A DNA stretch of 64,000 nt from Gammaproteobacteria bacterium (GCA_018677555.1 JAHHOT010000072.1:4737-68736); one strand, 5' to 3'; positions 1 to 10,398 are shown, counted from the stretch's first letter. The notes: generated by a model not told the origin, from the sequence alone. Numbers and translations: made by a program.

Positions 1-483
1 GGCTTCGCGCACGGCGCGCCGCGCCGGCGCTTCGTGCATATAGGCACCGGGTCCGACGTTGTGCAGCTTCGCCATGGATCCGGCCCAGATGACTTCACGT
101 GTCACCGCATTGCGGAACTCCATCCGGACCTCGGCGTTGAACCTTGCTGTGCCACCCGCTTCGATCGTTCCCCAGGCAGCGTCGTTGTCCCGGGGCTCCG
201 CTTCCAGCGGTGTTGCGACGAACAACATATGCAGAATCGCCTGCGCGCTGCTTTCCGTGTACTGCAGGCCCTTTTGATCCAGCACGATACTGGCCTCGTC
301 GCGCATCATCGGCTTGAGGAATTCCGGCATGTCCTCGAACTCGACACGATAGGTCGAGAGCGTCGCAGCTTGCGGCGTGCAGCAGAAACTGACGTTGGTC
401 GATATGGCCGGCAGGCCGGCGCAACCGATGAGTATGAACGCCGGAAAAAATGCGGCCAGCCGAATGCGTATACAGTTCTTCAC
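1..483 (-). CDS. putative lipoprotein (C-terminal part lies outside the window)
   Basis: My own translation of the minus strand from GTG 483-481 (GGAG 6 nt upstream) is stop-free to nt 1. It reads VKNCIRIRLAAFFPAFILIGCAGLPAISTN..., a signal peptide plus lipobox LIGC. It is missing from the ORF track only because no stop lies in the window. The + strand ORFs 34..732 and 377..1168 look like GC shadow frames. Confidence 0.55.
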   Translation of the reverse strand, partial: MKNCIRIRLAAFFPAFILIGCAGLPAISTNVSFCCTPQAATLSTYRVEFEDMPEFLKPMMRDEASIVLDQKGLQYTESSAQAILHMLFVATPLEAEPRDNDAAWGTIEAGGTARFNAEVRMEFRNAVTREVIWAGSMAKLHNVGPGAYMHEAPARRAVREA

Positions 484-595
484 GTCCTGCTCCAGTTGCT
501 GCGGCCAAATTACCCGGACCCGCGATACCGGGGCATTCGCAGAACCGTTCAGTCAGGCAGGTATAAACACTTATTCTATTGCCGGGCGCCGCGCA

Positions 596-2146
596 TCACG
601 CAGGAGGGGCTGGAGGACGCCGCTCGAGGAAATCGGTCACGCGCTCGCAGGCCATCGCGAACTCGAGCACCTGCTGGTCCTGGCCCGGGCGTCCGAGAAA
701 CTGGATGCCCATTGGTCTGCCGTCGTCGCTGAAGCCCGCCGGCAGGCAAACCACGGGCAACCCCGCCAGCGTGCCGCCGATGACCACCTCCATCCAGCGA
801 TGATAAGTGTCCATCTTCCTGCCATTGATCGACCCGGGCCAGTGCACGGTTTTGTCGAACGGGAAAACCTGCGCAGCCGGCAAAGCAAGCACGTCGTGGC
901 TGTCGAACAGTTTCAGCAACGCGCGATACCAGTCCGTTCGCGCGATTCCAGCGTCGGCGATTTCCCTGCCGCTCTGCTTGAAACTGCCTTCTATCTCCCA
1001 CTGAATCTCCGGCTTCAACAGGCGGCGTTTTTCGGGGTCTTCGTACAGCTCACGCGCACCGCCCAACGCCCAGTGTCGAAAGGTCAGCCAGGTCTGCCAC
1101 AGCCTGGCCATGTCGTAGTCCGGTTTGCAGGGTTCGACGTTCACGCCATATTCGCTCAAGCCACTTAGCGCCCGCTTACACAAGGGCAGAACGCCGTCCT
1201 CGGTCGCGAGATAACCGTCGTAATCGGCCATCCAGCCGATCCTGAATCCGCGCAGCGTCGCTGCCCTGAAATGTGCATAGCCGGGTATGCTGTCCGAACG
1301 GCTGAGCGGGTCGCGTGCGTCGAATCCCGCCATCGTGCCGAGCAACCGGACGGTGTCCTCGACGTTACGACCCATCGGCCCGGCCACGCCGAGCTGCTGG
1401 TAGTAGCCGTCCGCTTTCGGATAGGAAGGGACACGTCCCTGGCTGGGCCGGAAACCGACAACGTTATTGAACCCCGCCGGATTGCGCAGCGAACCCATCA
1501 TGTCGCTGCCATCGGCGACCGGCAGCATGCGTGTCGCCAGTCCGACGGCGGCGCCACCGGAGCTACCGCCGGATGTCAGGCGCGGATCGAAGGCGTTACC
1601 CGTGGTGCCGTGCACCGGGTTGTAACTTTGCGAGCCCAGGCCGAATTCCGGGGTGTTGGTTTTGCCGATGAAGATCGCGCCGGCGCGGCGGATGCGTTCT
1701 ATAAACAAGGTGTCGGAGGTCGCGACGGTGCCCGCGAATATCGGCGACCCGTTGCTGGTCTCCAGGCCTTTGGCGTCGGCCAGGTCCTTCACGGCATGCG
1801 GCATGCCGTGCATCCAGCCACGGTATTTGCCTTGCTCGAGCTCGCGGTCCGCTCGCCGCGCCTCGTCGACCAGCCTGTCCCGGTCGAGCATGCTGACGAT
1901 CGCGTTGTAATGTGCATTGTGCGACTCGATGCGGTCGAGATAGGCATGCATGACCTCGACGCAGCTTAGCTGACGTTGGCGAATGGCTTCGGACAGGCGC
2001 GCGGCGCTGAGATCCGTCAGATCCGCCGGGATATCGACCGGCCTGGCGACGGCGGCGACGGATGGCGCCGCAGCAACGGCGAGGCTGAGACCGGTCGCGC
2101 CCCGCAGGAATTGGCGTCGCCCGATGCCGTCTCGTTTTCTCGTCAT
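596..2146 (-). CDS. amidase-signature family amidase with twin-arginine (Tat) signal peptide
   Basis: ORF 596..2365 carries the amidase-signature Gly/Ser motif (LTSGGSSGGAAVGLA). The preferred start is the internal ATG 2146-2144, giving MTRKRDGIGRRQFLRGATGLSLAVAAAPSVAAVA (RRxFL Tat motif). The 73 codons upstream are Arg-rich and overlap the araC-type gene. This ATG overlaps that gene's stop as ATGA. Confidence 0.85.
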   Translation of the reverse strand: MTRKRDGIGRRQFLRGATGLSLAVAAAPSVAAVARPVDIPADLTDLSAARLSEAIRQRQLSCVEVMHAYLDRIESHNAHYNAIVSMLDRDRLVDEARRADRELEQGKYRGWMHGMPHAVKDLADAKGLETSNGSPIFAGTVATSDTLFIERIRRAGAIFIGKTNTPEFGLGSQSYNPVHGTTGNAFDPRLTSGGSSGGAAVGLATRMLPVADGSDMMGSLRNPAGFNNVVGFRPSQGRVPSYPKADGYYQQLGVAGPMGRNVEDTVRLLGTMAGFDARDPLSRSDSIPGYAHFRAATLRGFRIGWMADYDGYLATEDGVLPLCKRALSGLSEYGVNVEPCKPDYDMARLWQTWLTFRHWALGGARELYEDPEKRRLLKPEIQWEIEGSFKQSGREIADAGIARTDWYRALLKLFDSHDVLALPAAQVFPFDKTVHWPGSINGRKMDTYHRWMEVVIGGTLAGLPVVCLPAGFSDDGRPMGIQFLGRPGQDQQVLEFAMACERVTDFLERRPPAPPA

Positions 2147-3231
2147 GCGTTGGTCTCCAGGGTAGCGGCCGATCTCGCGGCAGCTGCATTGTAACCATCT
2201 CCGTTCTGCAGCCGTACCTGGCGCCTGAATTCTCGTGGCGTCGTGCCGAACCAGCGCCTGAATGCCCGGCAAAATGCAGCGGGTTCCGCGTAACCGAGGC
2301 GAGCGGACAGTTCCCCGACGGTAACGCTGCTGTCGCGCAGCAACCTGGCTGCGATGTCCTTGCATCGTTGCGTGACCAGGTCCTTGAACTGGCGTTTTTC
2401 GACCCGCAAGCGCCGAAACAAGGTGGCGGTCGATACACCGAGCGTACTCGCTACCAGCTCTGCGCGCGCACCTTGTCGCAATACCCCGTCCGTCAGCGCC
2501 TGCGTCACCGTCTCGTGAAACGCAAGCGGCGTGCCCGCGTTCCGCATCGTGCTCGAAATATGGTCTTCGAGTATCGGTATCAGGTGCGGGTCGAGGCCCT
2601 CGTACCAGCGGCGGGCTTCGGCAAGCGGCAACGTCAGTTCGTTGGCTCCCTGATCGAACAACACCGGCGCACCGAAAACACGACGATGGATGCTGCCGGC
2701 AGCAGCTGGCTGTGCATGCTCGAACGTAACCTGGGTGAGGCTACACTGGTTCTTGCTGAGCAGCCGCATGTAGCGCCAGATAAGCCCGATCGAGTATTCG
2801 CTGTCCTGGGCGCGGGGCGTGATCGAGTCGTCGACAATCCTGTAGGAAACCTGCAGGTAGTCGCCGACGTAGCTGATGTCCGTCGTCGACGAGCTTTGAA
2901 TGGCCTCGAGGTAGCGCTGCAGACTTTGCAGCTTGGTTTCGAGGTCGCCCGAACTGAGAAACAGGTAACCGACCGCGCCCAGCGCGTCCGGGCCCGATCG
3001 TTGCGCGAGCCTCAGCCCGAGCGCGGGATCGTCCAGCTCGGCCGCAAGCCACTCGAACATGCGCACGAAGCGCCGCAGGCTGATGAAGCGGCGGAAGTCC
3101 TGCAGCTCGTGCATTCGTATGCCATTGGTGGCCAGCCCCTGGCGCACGAGGTCCCGATGCTCACCGAGGTCGTTGTAAATCGACAGCAGCACGGTGGTCG
3201 AAATGACCGAGTCTCCGTCGGCCTGGGCCAT
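2143..3231 (-). CDS. AraC/XylS family transcriptional regulator
   Basis: C-terminal AraC-type HTH (TLFRRLRVEKRQFKDL ... LGYAEPAAFCRAFRRWFGTTPREFR) with a long N-terminal effector-type domain. The stop overlaps the amidase start. The gene is divergent from the receptor gene. Confidence 0.85.
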   Translation of the reverse strand: MAQADGDSVISTTVLLSIYNDLGEHRDLVRQGLATNGIRMHELQDFRRFISLRRFVRMFEWLAAELDDPALGLRLAQRSGPDALGAVGYLFLSSGDLETKLQSLQRYLEAIQSSSTTDISYVGDYLQVSYRIVDDSITPRAQDSEYSIGLIWRYMRLLSKNQCSLTQVTFEHAQPAAAGSIHRRVFGAPVLFDQGANELTLPLAEARRWYEGLDPHLIPILEDHISSTMRNAGTPLAFHETVTQALTDGVLRQGARAELVASTLGVSTATLFRRLRVEKRQFKDLVTQRCKDIAARLLRDSSVTVGELSARLGYAEPAAFCRAFRRWFGTTPREFRRQVRLQNGDGYNAAAARSAATLETNA

Positions 3232-3368
3232 AGAAACTACTCTTGTTAATTACCGCTACGAAAAATCAACCATGTGATCCAAAAAGTCAAATAATGAGCG
3301 GGCAAAGAGACGATACTGAGCGCGAATCTAGGGTCAAATGAGCCGCGTTGCGCGGCCTGGGGGAAACA

Positions 3369-5792
3369 ATGCGAAAAGGTACCGGCGCCCTCGCGGCAGC
3401 CGCGATTTTGTTATCGGCCACCACGGCCAGTAGCCAGTCGATCGAGGAGATCGTGGTCACTGCGCAAAAACGCGAGCAGGGCATCAACGATATCGGCATC
3501 ACCGTCAACGCATTTACCGGGGAGCAGTTGCGCGATTTCGGTTTTACGCGGGCGGAAGACATTGCACTCCTCACGCCGGGCCTGACAGTCAATGAAACGG
3601 CGGCAACCGGTGTGCCGCTCTATACCATTCGCGGCGTCGGCTTTCAGGATTACTCGACCGCCGCATCGTCCACGGTCGGCCTTTATTACGACGGCGTCGC
3701 AATGCCCTACACCGTCATGACGCGCGGCCTGATGTTCGACGTCGAGCGCGTCGAAGTCCTGAAGGGTCCGCAGGGCGACCTGTACGGTCGCAACACGACA
3801 GCCGGCCAGATCAACTTCATCAGCGCCATGCCGACCGACGAGTTTCAGGCCGGTATCAACGTGGGCTATGGCAGCTTCCGGACTGCAGACATCGAAGGAT
3901 ACGCCAGCGGGCCCTTCAGCGACCGTGTTCGCGGCCGTTTCGCGCTCCGCTCCGTGCAGTCGGGCGAGGGCTGGCAAAAGAGCCTCACACGAAACGACGA
4001 ACTCGGAGAGATTGACGTAACGGCGATGCGCGGCCTTCTGGAGATGGACCTGGGAGATTCGGCGGAGCTGTTGCTCAAAGTGCAATACGTGGACGACCAG
4101 TCCGACAACCAGGCGAACACCGCCTACGACGGTACGATTGCCGGCCTCGGCCCGTTTCAGAATCCCTACACGCCGCTCGACCAGTATTTTCTGCCAACCG
4201 GTAGCAACTTCGGCGAAACGCCGCCGTGGTACTCAACGGGTGACAACCGCGCTGCGGACTGGACCAACAGTTACACCAGCCCGCAAACCGGGCGCGTGTT
4301 CAATCTTCGGCCTGGCCGCGACAACCAGCTGACGGGAATCTCCGCAACCCTGAACTGGGAGCTCGGCGACACAACCCTGACATCTATCACTGCGTACGAC
4401 GAATTCGAGCGCGTGGAAGCGAACGACTGGGACGGCGGTTTTTACAACGATTCGAGCAACATCAATACGACCGACCTGAGCGTGTTCTCGCAGGAGCTGC
4501 GGCTTTCCGGGGGCGATGACCAGCTCTACTGGATTGCAGGCCTGTATTACTCGCGCGACGAAATGGACGAGTACTACCACTACTTCATGTCGGACTCGGT
4601 CTTCGGCCTGGGCTCAATCCCGTGGGGCGTCGGCCTGTTCGCGCCGACACCAATCGTCGAGCTCGACACGATTTACGACCAGGAGACGACGTCGGCCGCC
4701 GTTTTCGGGCGTGTCGAGTGGCAGTTCACGGATGCGTGGCGACTGACCATGGGACTTCGTTACACGGACGAGGAGAGAAACTGGTCAGGCTGTACCTTTA
4801 TCGCGGACGACGGCAGTTTGGCCGCGTTCCTGAACACACAGTTCGGCGCCAGCCTCGGTCCCGGCGACTGCGGCACGATCGACGACGACCCGAATTCGCC
4901 GACCTATATCTTCGCGCTGATCGGCGGCCCGAACATCAACGACGCGTTTCACGTGTACACCGACACCATCGATACCAGCCGCCTGATGGGCAAGATCGGC
5001 CTCGACTATGCCGTCAACGATGACGTCCTCATCTACGGCACAATCTCCAACGGCTTCAAATCCGGCGGCTTTAACGGCGCCAACTCGAACACGACGCTGC
5101 AGTTGCAGCCGTACAAGGAAGAAGTCCTGACGTCGTTCGAGATCGGCACGAAAGCGACGCTCGCAAACGGGCGCATGCAGCTCAATGCGGCTGCATTCTT
5201 CTACGATTACGAAGACAAGCAGGAACAGGATGCTGCGGTCGCATTCGTTGGTAACATTTCGGGCCTGACCAACGTGCCGGAATCCGAGATCGTCGGCGCC
5301 GAGATCGACATGCAATGGGCGCCGACGGATGCGATGTCAGTGAACCTGGGCATCGCGTGGCTGGATTCCGAAGTGAAGGAATGGAGTGCGGTTGATACCG
5401 ACCTGAGCGCATGGCCGAACGTCGTGCTGCGCGATGCGTCCGGCATCGAACTCGCACAGGCGCCGAATCTTTCGGTAAACGGGCTGTTCGGTTACGAGTG
5501 GCCGGTCGGGAACGGCAAGCTCATCGATGCGTCCGTGGACTTCGCCTACAAGGACAGCACCAGCGGCGGCGCCGAGGCGCCAAACGCAACCGAGGACTAT
5601 ACCCTGTGGAATGCCAGGGTTGGCTTCGGCGCGGACGACGGCCGCTGGCGGGTGATGCTGTGGGGCCGCAACCTGGCCGACGAATACTATTACCCGGCAG
5701 CATACGTAGGCGGCAACGGTCCGATGGTACGAACGGTCGGCATGCCACGCACCTACGGTGTATCGATGAACTACCGCTTCGGCGCGTACTGA
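3369..5792 (+). CDS. TonB-dependent outer-membrane receptor
   Basis: ORF 3348..5792 starts at TTG; I prefer ATG 3369, preceded by GGGGGAA. Signal peptide MRKGTGALAAAAILLSATTASS, plug start EEIVVTAQKREQGINDIGITV, long beta-barrel region and aromatic C-terminus ...YGVSMNYRFGAY. Confidence 0.9.
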   Translation: MRKGTGALAAAAILLSATTASSQSIEEIVVTAQKREQGINDIGITVNAFTGEQLRDFGFTRAEDIALLTPGLTVNETAATGVPLYTIRGVGFQDYSTAASSTVGLYYDGVAMPYTVMTRGLMFDVERVEVLKGPQGDLYGRNTTAGQINFISAMPTDEFQAGINVGYGSFRTADIEGYASGPFSDRVRGRFALRSVQSGEGWQKSLTRNDELGEIDVTAMRGLLEMDLGDSAELLLKVQYVDDQSDNQANTAYDGTIAGLGPFQNPYTPLDQYFLPTGSNFGETPPWYSTGDNRAADWTNSYTSPQTGRVFNLRPGRDNQLTGISATLNWELGDTTLTSITAYDEFERVEANDWDGGFYNDSSNINTTDLSVFSQELRLSGGDDQLYWIAGLYYSRDEMDEYYHYFMSDSVFGLGSIPWGVGLFAPTPIVELDTIYDQETTSAAVFGRVEWQFTDAWRLTMGLRYTDEERNWSGCTFIADDGSLAAFLNTQFGASLGPGDCGTIDDDPNSPTYIFALIGGPNINDAFHVYTDTIDTSRLMGKIGLDYAVNDDVLIYGTISNGFKSGGFNGANSNTTLQLQPYKEEVLTSFEIGTKATLANGRMQLNAAAFFYDYEDKQEQDAAVAFVGNISGLTNVPESEIVGAEIDMQWAPTDAMSVNLGIAWLDSEVKEWSAVDTDLSAWPNVVLRDASGIELAQAPNLSVNGLFGYEWPVGNGKLIDASVDFAYKDSTSGGAEAPNATEDYTLWNARVGFGADDGRWRVMLWGRNLADEYYYPAAYVGGNGPMVRTVGMPRTYGVSMNYRFGAY

Positions 5793-5862
5793 CAGACGAC
5801 GCGCAGCGCCGGCCCGGACTGCCGGCGGTGCGCGCTCCATACTCTTTATTATAAATTTCGGG

Positions 5863-7608
5863 ATGTCCGCCAGCGGGGACGACATGAACATCGCCAGCTT
5901 GAGCAGGTCATTCATCGCACTCTGCGCGGTTGTCGTGCTGGCCGGCTGCCAGGACTCAATGGAAGCGCGCGAGCCCGCCGACGTCGTGTTCCGCGGCGGG
6001 CACGTTCATACCGTCACTCAGGGCGTGGCGCAGGCGGTTGCAGCAACGTCGGGCACGATTGTATTCGTCGGCTCGAACGAAGACGCCGCGGCATTCACCG
6101 GGCCGGATACACGGGTTGTCGATCTCGACGGCCGCTTCATGATGCCCGGCATCGTCGATGCACACGTGCATCCGCTCGGCGGTGCAATCAAGGAATTGTT
6201 CCAGTGCAACTTTCCGTTTTCCGCGACGCCGGAGCAGATTGTCGCGGTGCTGCGGGAATGCGTGGCACAACGCCCGGACGCGGAATGGATCGTCGGCGGG
6301 CAATGGGACAGTGGCCTGTTCGAGCGATTCTCGATTGAATCGCCGCGCAAGCTGCTCGACGCTGTATCCGGCAGCGCTGCCGTGTTCTTCAGCGACGACA
6401 GCGGCCACAACGGCTGGGCCAATTCGCGCGCGCTGGACATCGCCGGCATAACCGCAGAAACCGCGGACCCGGCAGGCGGCAGCATTGGCCGGGAAACGGA
6501 CAGCACCCCCAACGGACTGCTATTCGAGACCGCGCAGGGCCTCGCCTACGAGGTCATTCCGAAGTACAGCGACGCGCAACACCTGCAGGCTGCACGCTGG
6601 TTATCCGACACCGCGAATTCCATGGGCATTACGGCGATGAAAGCAGCCGCGATCGAAGAGATCGAGATAGCCGCCTTTCACGAGGCCGATCTCAGCGATT
6701 CGCTCAACCTGCACATAGCGACGAGCATTCGCACGCCTTACGGCCATCGCACGACACCGCTCGACTACGACGAGATTGACCGGATTCGCGACACTTACGC
6801 ATCGGAAAACGTCGACACGCGCTTCGTCAAGATTTTTCTCGACGGCGTGCCGACGCCGGCACGCACGGCCGCCATGATCCATCCGTACTTACCGGACGAG
6901 GAGCATGGCGCGGATTACACCGGTCCGTTACACATCGACGTCAATACGCTGGCACCGGATCTCATCGAACTCGACCGGCGCGGCTACACGGTCAAGATCC
7001 ATACCGCCGGCGATCGCTCGGTGCGGGTCGCACTCGATGCCATCGAGCTTGCCCGGGACGCGACAGGCAACGCGGAAAAACGCCACGAACTGGCGCACGC
7101 CGGTTATATCGACGAATCGGATCTGCCGCGCTTCGCCGCGCTGAATGCGGTCGCCGACCTGTCGCCGGTTATCTGGCATCCGTCACCCATCATCGATGCG
7201 GTAATCATGGCGGTCGGCGAGGAACGGGGTGAGCGGTACTGGCCCGTGCGCGATCTGCTCGATTCGGGTGCGCCTGTCCTGGCCGGCTCGGACTGGCCCT
7301 CCGCCGTCCCGGACGCGAACCCGTGGGTCGGCATCGAGGCGTTCGTCACGCGGCGCGATCCGCGCGGCGATGCGCCAGGCGCACTGTGGCCGGAGCAGGC
7401 GATAACGCTTGCAGAAGCGATCGAGATCTACACAACGCATGGGGCGAAAGCGATGTTGCTGGGCGACCAGGTCGGCAGCATCGTCGTTGGCCGGAAAGCC
7501 GACCTGATTATTCTCGAACGTAACCCGTTCGACATTCCGATTGAAGAAGTCGGGGACACGGTTGTGCTGCAGACCTGGTTCGATGGCCGCCTGGTCTACG
7601 AAAAATAG
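5863..7608 (+). CDS. metal-dependent amidohydrolase (Amidohydro_3-like), lipoprotein
   Basis: Signal peptide plus lipobox (ALCAVVVLAGCQDS). Metal-binding HxH (PGIVDAHVHP), KIHTAGDRSVR and GSDWP motifs typical of the family. Alternative start ATG 5884 (MNIASL..., GGGGA upstream). Confidence 0.85.
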   Translation: MSASGDDMNIASLSRSFIALCAVVVLAGCQDSMEAREPADVVFRGGHVHTVTQGVAQAVAATSGTIVFVGSNEDAAAFTGPDTRVVDLDGRFMMPGIVDAHVHPLGGAIKELFQCNFPFSATPEQIVAVLRECVAQRPDAEWIVGGQWDSGLFERFSIESPRKLLDAVSGSAAVFFSDDSGHNGWANSRALDIAGITAETADPAGGSIGRETDSTPNGLLFETAQGLAYEVIPKYSDAQHLQAARWLSDTANSMGITAMKAAAIEEIEIAAFHEADLSDSLNLHIATSIRTPYGHRTTPLDYDEIDRIRDTYASENVDTRFVKIFLDGVPTPARTAAMIHPYLPDEEHGADYTGPLHIDVNTLAPDLIELDRRGYTVKIHTAGDRSVRVALDAIELARDATGNAEKRHELAHAGYIDESDLPRFAALNAVADLSPVIWHPSPIIDAVIMAVGEERGERYWPVRDLLDSGAPVLAGSDWPSAVPDANPWVGIEAFVTRRDPRGDAPGALWPEQAITLAEAIEIYTTHGAKAMLLGDQVGSIVVGRKADLIILERNPFDIPIEEVGDTVVLQTWFDGRLVYEK

Positions 7609-7627
7609 CAAGAGATTGAGGTCCACT

Positions 7628-9343
7628 ATGAAACTCCGATATCTGTTCGCCGCACTCGTAATGTTGCTGGCTGGCTGCGGTAAGTCACCGCAATCAACAA
7701 GTCCCGAGCCCGCAGCGCAGGCCGACGCGATCTACCGCAACGCGAGGATCTACACCGTCGATTCCAACGACAGCTGGGCCGAAGCGATGGCGGTCCGCGA
7801 CGGACGCATCGTTGCCGTGGGCAGCGACGCCGTGGTCAAGGGCCTCGCCGGTGAGCAAACCGTTTTGCACGATCTCGCCGGTCGCATGGTCATGCCCGGC
7901 ATTCACGACACCCACATCCACCCGTCGGACGCGGGCGTACAGAAACAGCTTGAATGCAGTTTTCTTTCCAACGACCTCGATGAAGTGCTGGACATCCTGA
8001 AAGGCTGCATCGCGGAAACGCCCGAGGGCGATTGGGTACGCGGCGGACAATGGAACGAAGGCCTGTTCGCATCCGGCAAGACGCCCAAAACCATTCTCGA
8101 CGAGATCGCGCCGGATCACCCGGTATTCCTCATGGACTGGTCGGTGCACAACGCGTGGGTCAATACACGCGCCCTCGAGATCTTCGGCATCGATAACGAC
8201 ACGCCTGATCCGCCGGGCGGTGTCATCGTACGCGACCCGGACAGCGGCGAAGCAACCGGAATCCTGCTGGACAATGCTGCTTACGACAACCGGCGCATCC
8301 TGCCGGTGTTCTCACTGGACGAACGCGCGGACGCGCTCGCCTGGGCGATCAACCAGATCGCGCAACACGGCATTACGACTTACAAGGAAGCGCTTGTCAC
8401 TGCCGCAGCCATGGAAGCTTACGCGGAGCTCGACGACCGGGATGCGTTGCCGCTGCGCGTCAAAACAAATCTCACCTGGAAGAGTTCGTGGGCGAATTCA
8501 CACGACGAGGAACTCGCGCTCATCGCAGCAAGAGACGATTTCGTAAGCGAGCGCATCAAGACCGACTTCGCGAAAATCATGCTCGACGGCATCCCGCCTA
8601 CGTACACCGCGGCATTGCTAGAGCCGTATGCCCCGAGCGAAGCCCACGGCGCAAACCACCGCGGCAAACTGATGTTCCAGCCGGACGAACTCAACGCGGA
8701 CGTCATCGCACTGGACAGGCAGGGGCTGTCCGTCAAGATTCACGCAACCGGCGACCGCTCAGCGCGGGTCGCCCTCGATGCATTCGAGGCAGCGCGCGAG
8801 GCGAACGGCAATTACGACCTCGTCCACGAAGTGTCGCACGCCGAGATCATCCATGCCGACGACATCCCCCGCTTCAAGGAACTGAACGTCGCCGCGGAGA
8901 TGTGCCCCATTTTGTGGTATCCGATTCCGGGCCTGGACTGGGAACTGTGGCTCGGCCCCGAACGCGCCAAGGTTTGGCCGGTTAAAACACTGACGGAATC
9001 CGGCGCACTCGTGATCTACGGCTCCGACTGGCCGGTCGTGCCGACGCCCAACCCGTGGACAGGCATAGAAGCGATGGTCACCCGCAGCGACCCGGCGGGC
9101 CCGGGCGACGAGCCGGACTGGCCCGAACAGGCGGTCGATCTCGCGACAGCGCTGCGCATCTTCACGATCAATGGCGCAATCGCCAACAAGGCCGGTGACG
9201 AAAGCGGCTCACTGGAAGTCGGCAAAGCCGCTGACTTCATTGTCCTCGATCGCAACATCTTTGACGTACCCATCACCGATGTCGGGGAAACCCAGGTCGA
9301 GCTGGTTGTCGTCAACGGCACGCCCGTGATCGACAAGCTGTGA
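7628..9343 (+). CDS. metal-dependent amidohydrolase (Amidohydro_3-like), lipoprotein; tandem paralogue of the upstream gene
   Basis: ORF 7541..9343. I prefer ATG 7628 (MKLRYLFAALVMLLAGCGKS, lipobox), which avoids overlap with the upstream gene. PGIHDTHIHP, KIHATGDRSAR and GSDWP motifs are colinear with 5863..7608. Confidence 0.85.
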   Translation: MKLRYLFAALVMLLAGCGKSPQSTSPEPAAQADAIYRNARIYTVDSNDSWAEAMAVRDGRIVAVGSDAVVKGLAGEQTVLHDLAGRMVMPGIHDTHIHPSDAGVQKQLECSFLSNDLDEVLDILKGCIAETPEGDWVRGGQWNEGLFASGKTPKTILDEIAPDHPVFLMDWSVHNAWVNTRALEIFGIDNDTPDPPGGVIVRDPDSGEATGILLDNAAYDNRRILPVFSLDERADALAWAINQIAQHGITTYKEALVTAAAMEAYAELDDRDALPLRVKTNLTWKSSWANSHDEELALIAARDDFVSERIKTDFAKIMLDGIPPTYTAALLEPYAPSEAHGANHRGKLMFQPDELNADVIALDRQGLSVKIHATGDRSARVALDAFEAAREANGNYDLVHEVSHAEIIHADDIPRFKELNVAAEMCPILWYPIPGLDWELWLGPERAKVWPVKTLTESGALVIYGSDWPVVPTPNPWTGIEAMVTRSDPAGPGDEPDWPEQAVDLATALRIFTINGAIANKAGDESGSLEVGKAADFIVLDRNIFDVPITDVGETQVELVVVNGTPVIDKL

Positions 9344-9429
9344 TTCTCATAATGGACAGTCACAAAACAACGACTTCCACCCGGTAACAGCTATTCTTTG
9401 CCGGCGCTCATGCAGGTACGGTTCACTGC

Positions 9430-10398
9430 ATGCCGAGAGCCCGCAAACACCTGGTGTGCCTGTCGGTGACACCCTACTACCACGTCACCTCGCGTTGCGT
9501 TCGCCGCGCCTTTCTCTGTGGCAAGGACCGATATTCCGGAAAGAGCTATGAACACCGCCGTGACTGGATAGAAACCCGCATCCGGGTACTGTCGTCATTG
9601 TTCAGCATCCGGGTCTGTGCCTACGCCGTCATGAGCAATCACTACCACCTCGTGGTGCACCTGCATCCGTCAGAAGCTACTGGCTGGAGCGAGCAGGACG
9701 TGCTGAAACGCTGGGCTGCCCTGTTCAGGGGACCATTGCTGGTACAGAAAGCGGTTGCAGGAGAACGGCTCAGCGAGGCAGAACAAGATACACTGCGCTC
9801 TATAGTCACGGTGTACCGGCAACGCCTCTCAAGCCTCAGTTGGTTCATGAAATGCCTAAACGAACCGATTGCCCGCAAAGCCAATGCCGAGGATCACTGT
9901 ACCGGCCACTTCTGGGAGGCCCGCTTTCACTCGCAGGCATTGTGCAGCGATGCAGCAATTCTGAGTGCCATGGCCTACGTGGACCTGAACCCGATACGCG
10001 CTGGCATCGCAAGCACACCAGAGAGCTCCGACCACACCAGCATCAGGGCACGTATTCGTGGAGAGAAAACAGACGATGAATGGGTCCGCTCAATCTCAAC
10101 GCTGATTAGAGACGGTGACCTGCACTCCTTGGAGATTCCGATACGGGCCTTGATGGCTTTCTCGGACGACGAGGTAAAAGAAACCGAGCCCCGGCTGCCG
10201 ATGCATGACCGTGATTACCTGCAACTTTTGGACAGCACTGGCCGCTATGCCCGTCGCCACAAGCGCGGCCGCATCGACCCGGCGATCGCCCCTGTCCTCG
10301 AGCGACTGGGTCTTTCTGCCGAGGAATGGTGCCAGGCCAGCACCTGTTTTCGGCAGGTCTACCGCAAAGGAAACCTCAGGCTGAAGAAACCGGCCTGA
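9430..10398 (+). CDS. IS200/IS605-type Y1 (HUH) transposase-like protein, REP-associated tyrosine transposase (RAYT)-like
   Basis: HUH motif in AYAVMSNHYHLVVHL, N-terminal YHVTSRCVRRAFL, and a later AMAYVDLNPIRAGIA with a candidate catalytic Tyr. There is no tnpB-like partner and I saw no terminal inverted repeats, so it looks like a solo copy. Confidence 0.75.
   Translation: MPRARKHLVCLSVTPYYHVTSRCVRRAFLCGKDRYSGKSYEHRRDWIETRIRVLSSLFSIRVCAYAVMSNHYHLVVHLHPSEATGWSEQDVLKRWAALFRGPLLVQKAVAGERLSEAEQDTLRSIVTVYRQRLSSLSWFMKCLNEPIARKANAEDHCTGHFWEARFHSQALCSDAAILSAMAYVDLNPIRAGIASTPESSDHTSIRARIRGEKTDDEWVRSISTLIRDGDLHSLEIPIRALMAFSDDEVKETEPRLPMHDRDYLQLLDSTGRYARRHKRGRIDPAIAPVLERLGLSAEEWCQASTCFRQVYRKGNLRLKKPA

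Noticed and set aside
34-1168. Plus-strand ORFs 34..732, 59..277 and 377..1168 at the left edge
   Set aside because: They are Arg/Ala-rich GC-shadow frames. The minus strand carries a convincing lipoprotein (1..483) and the amidase (596..2146).
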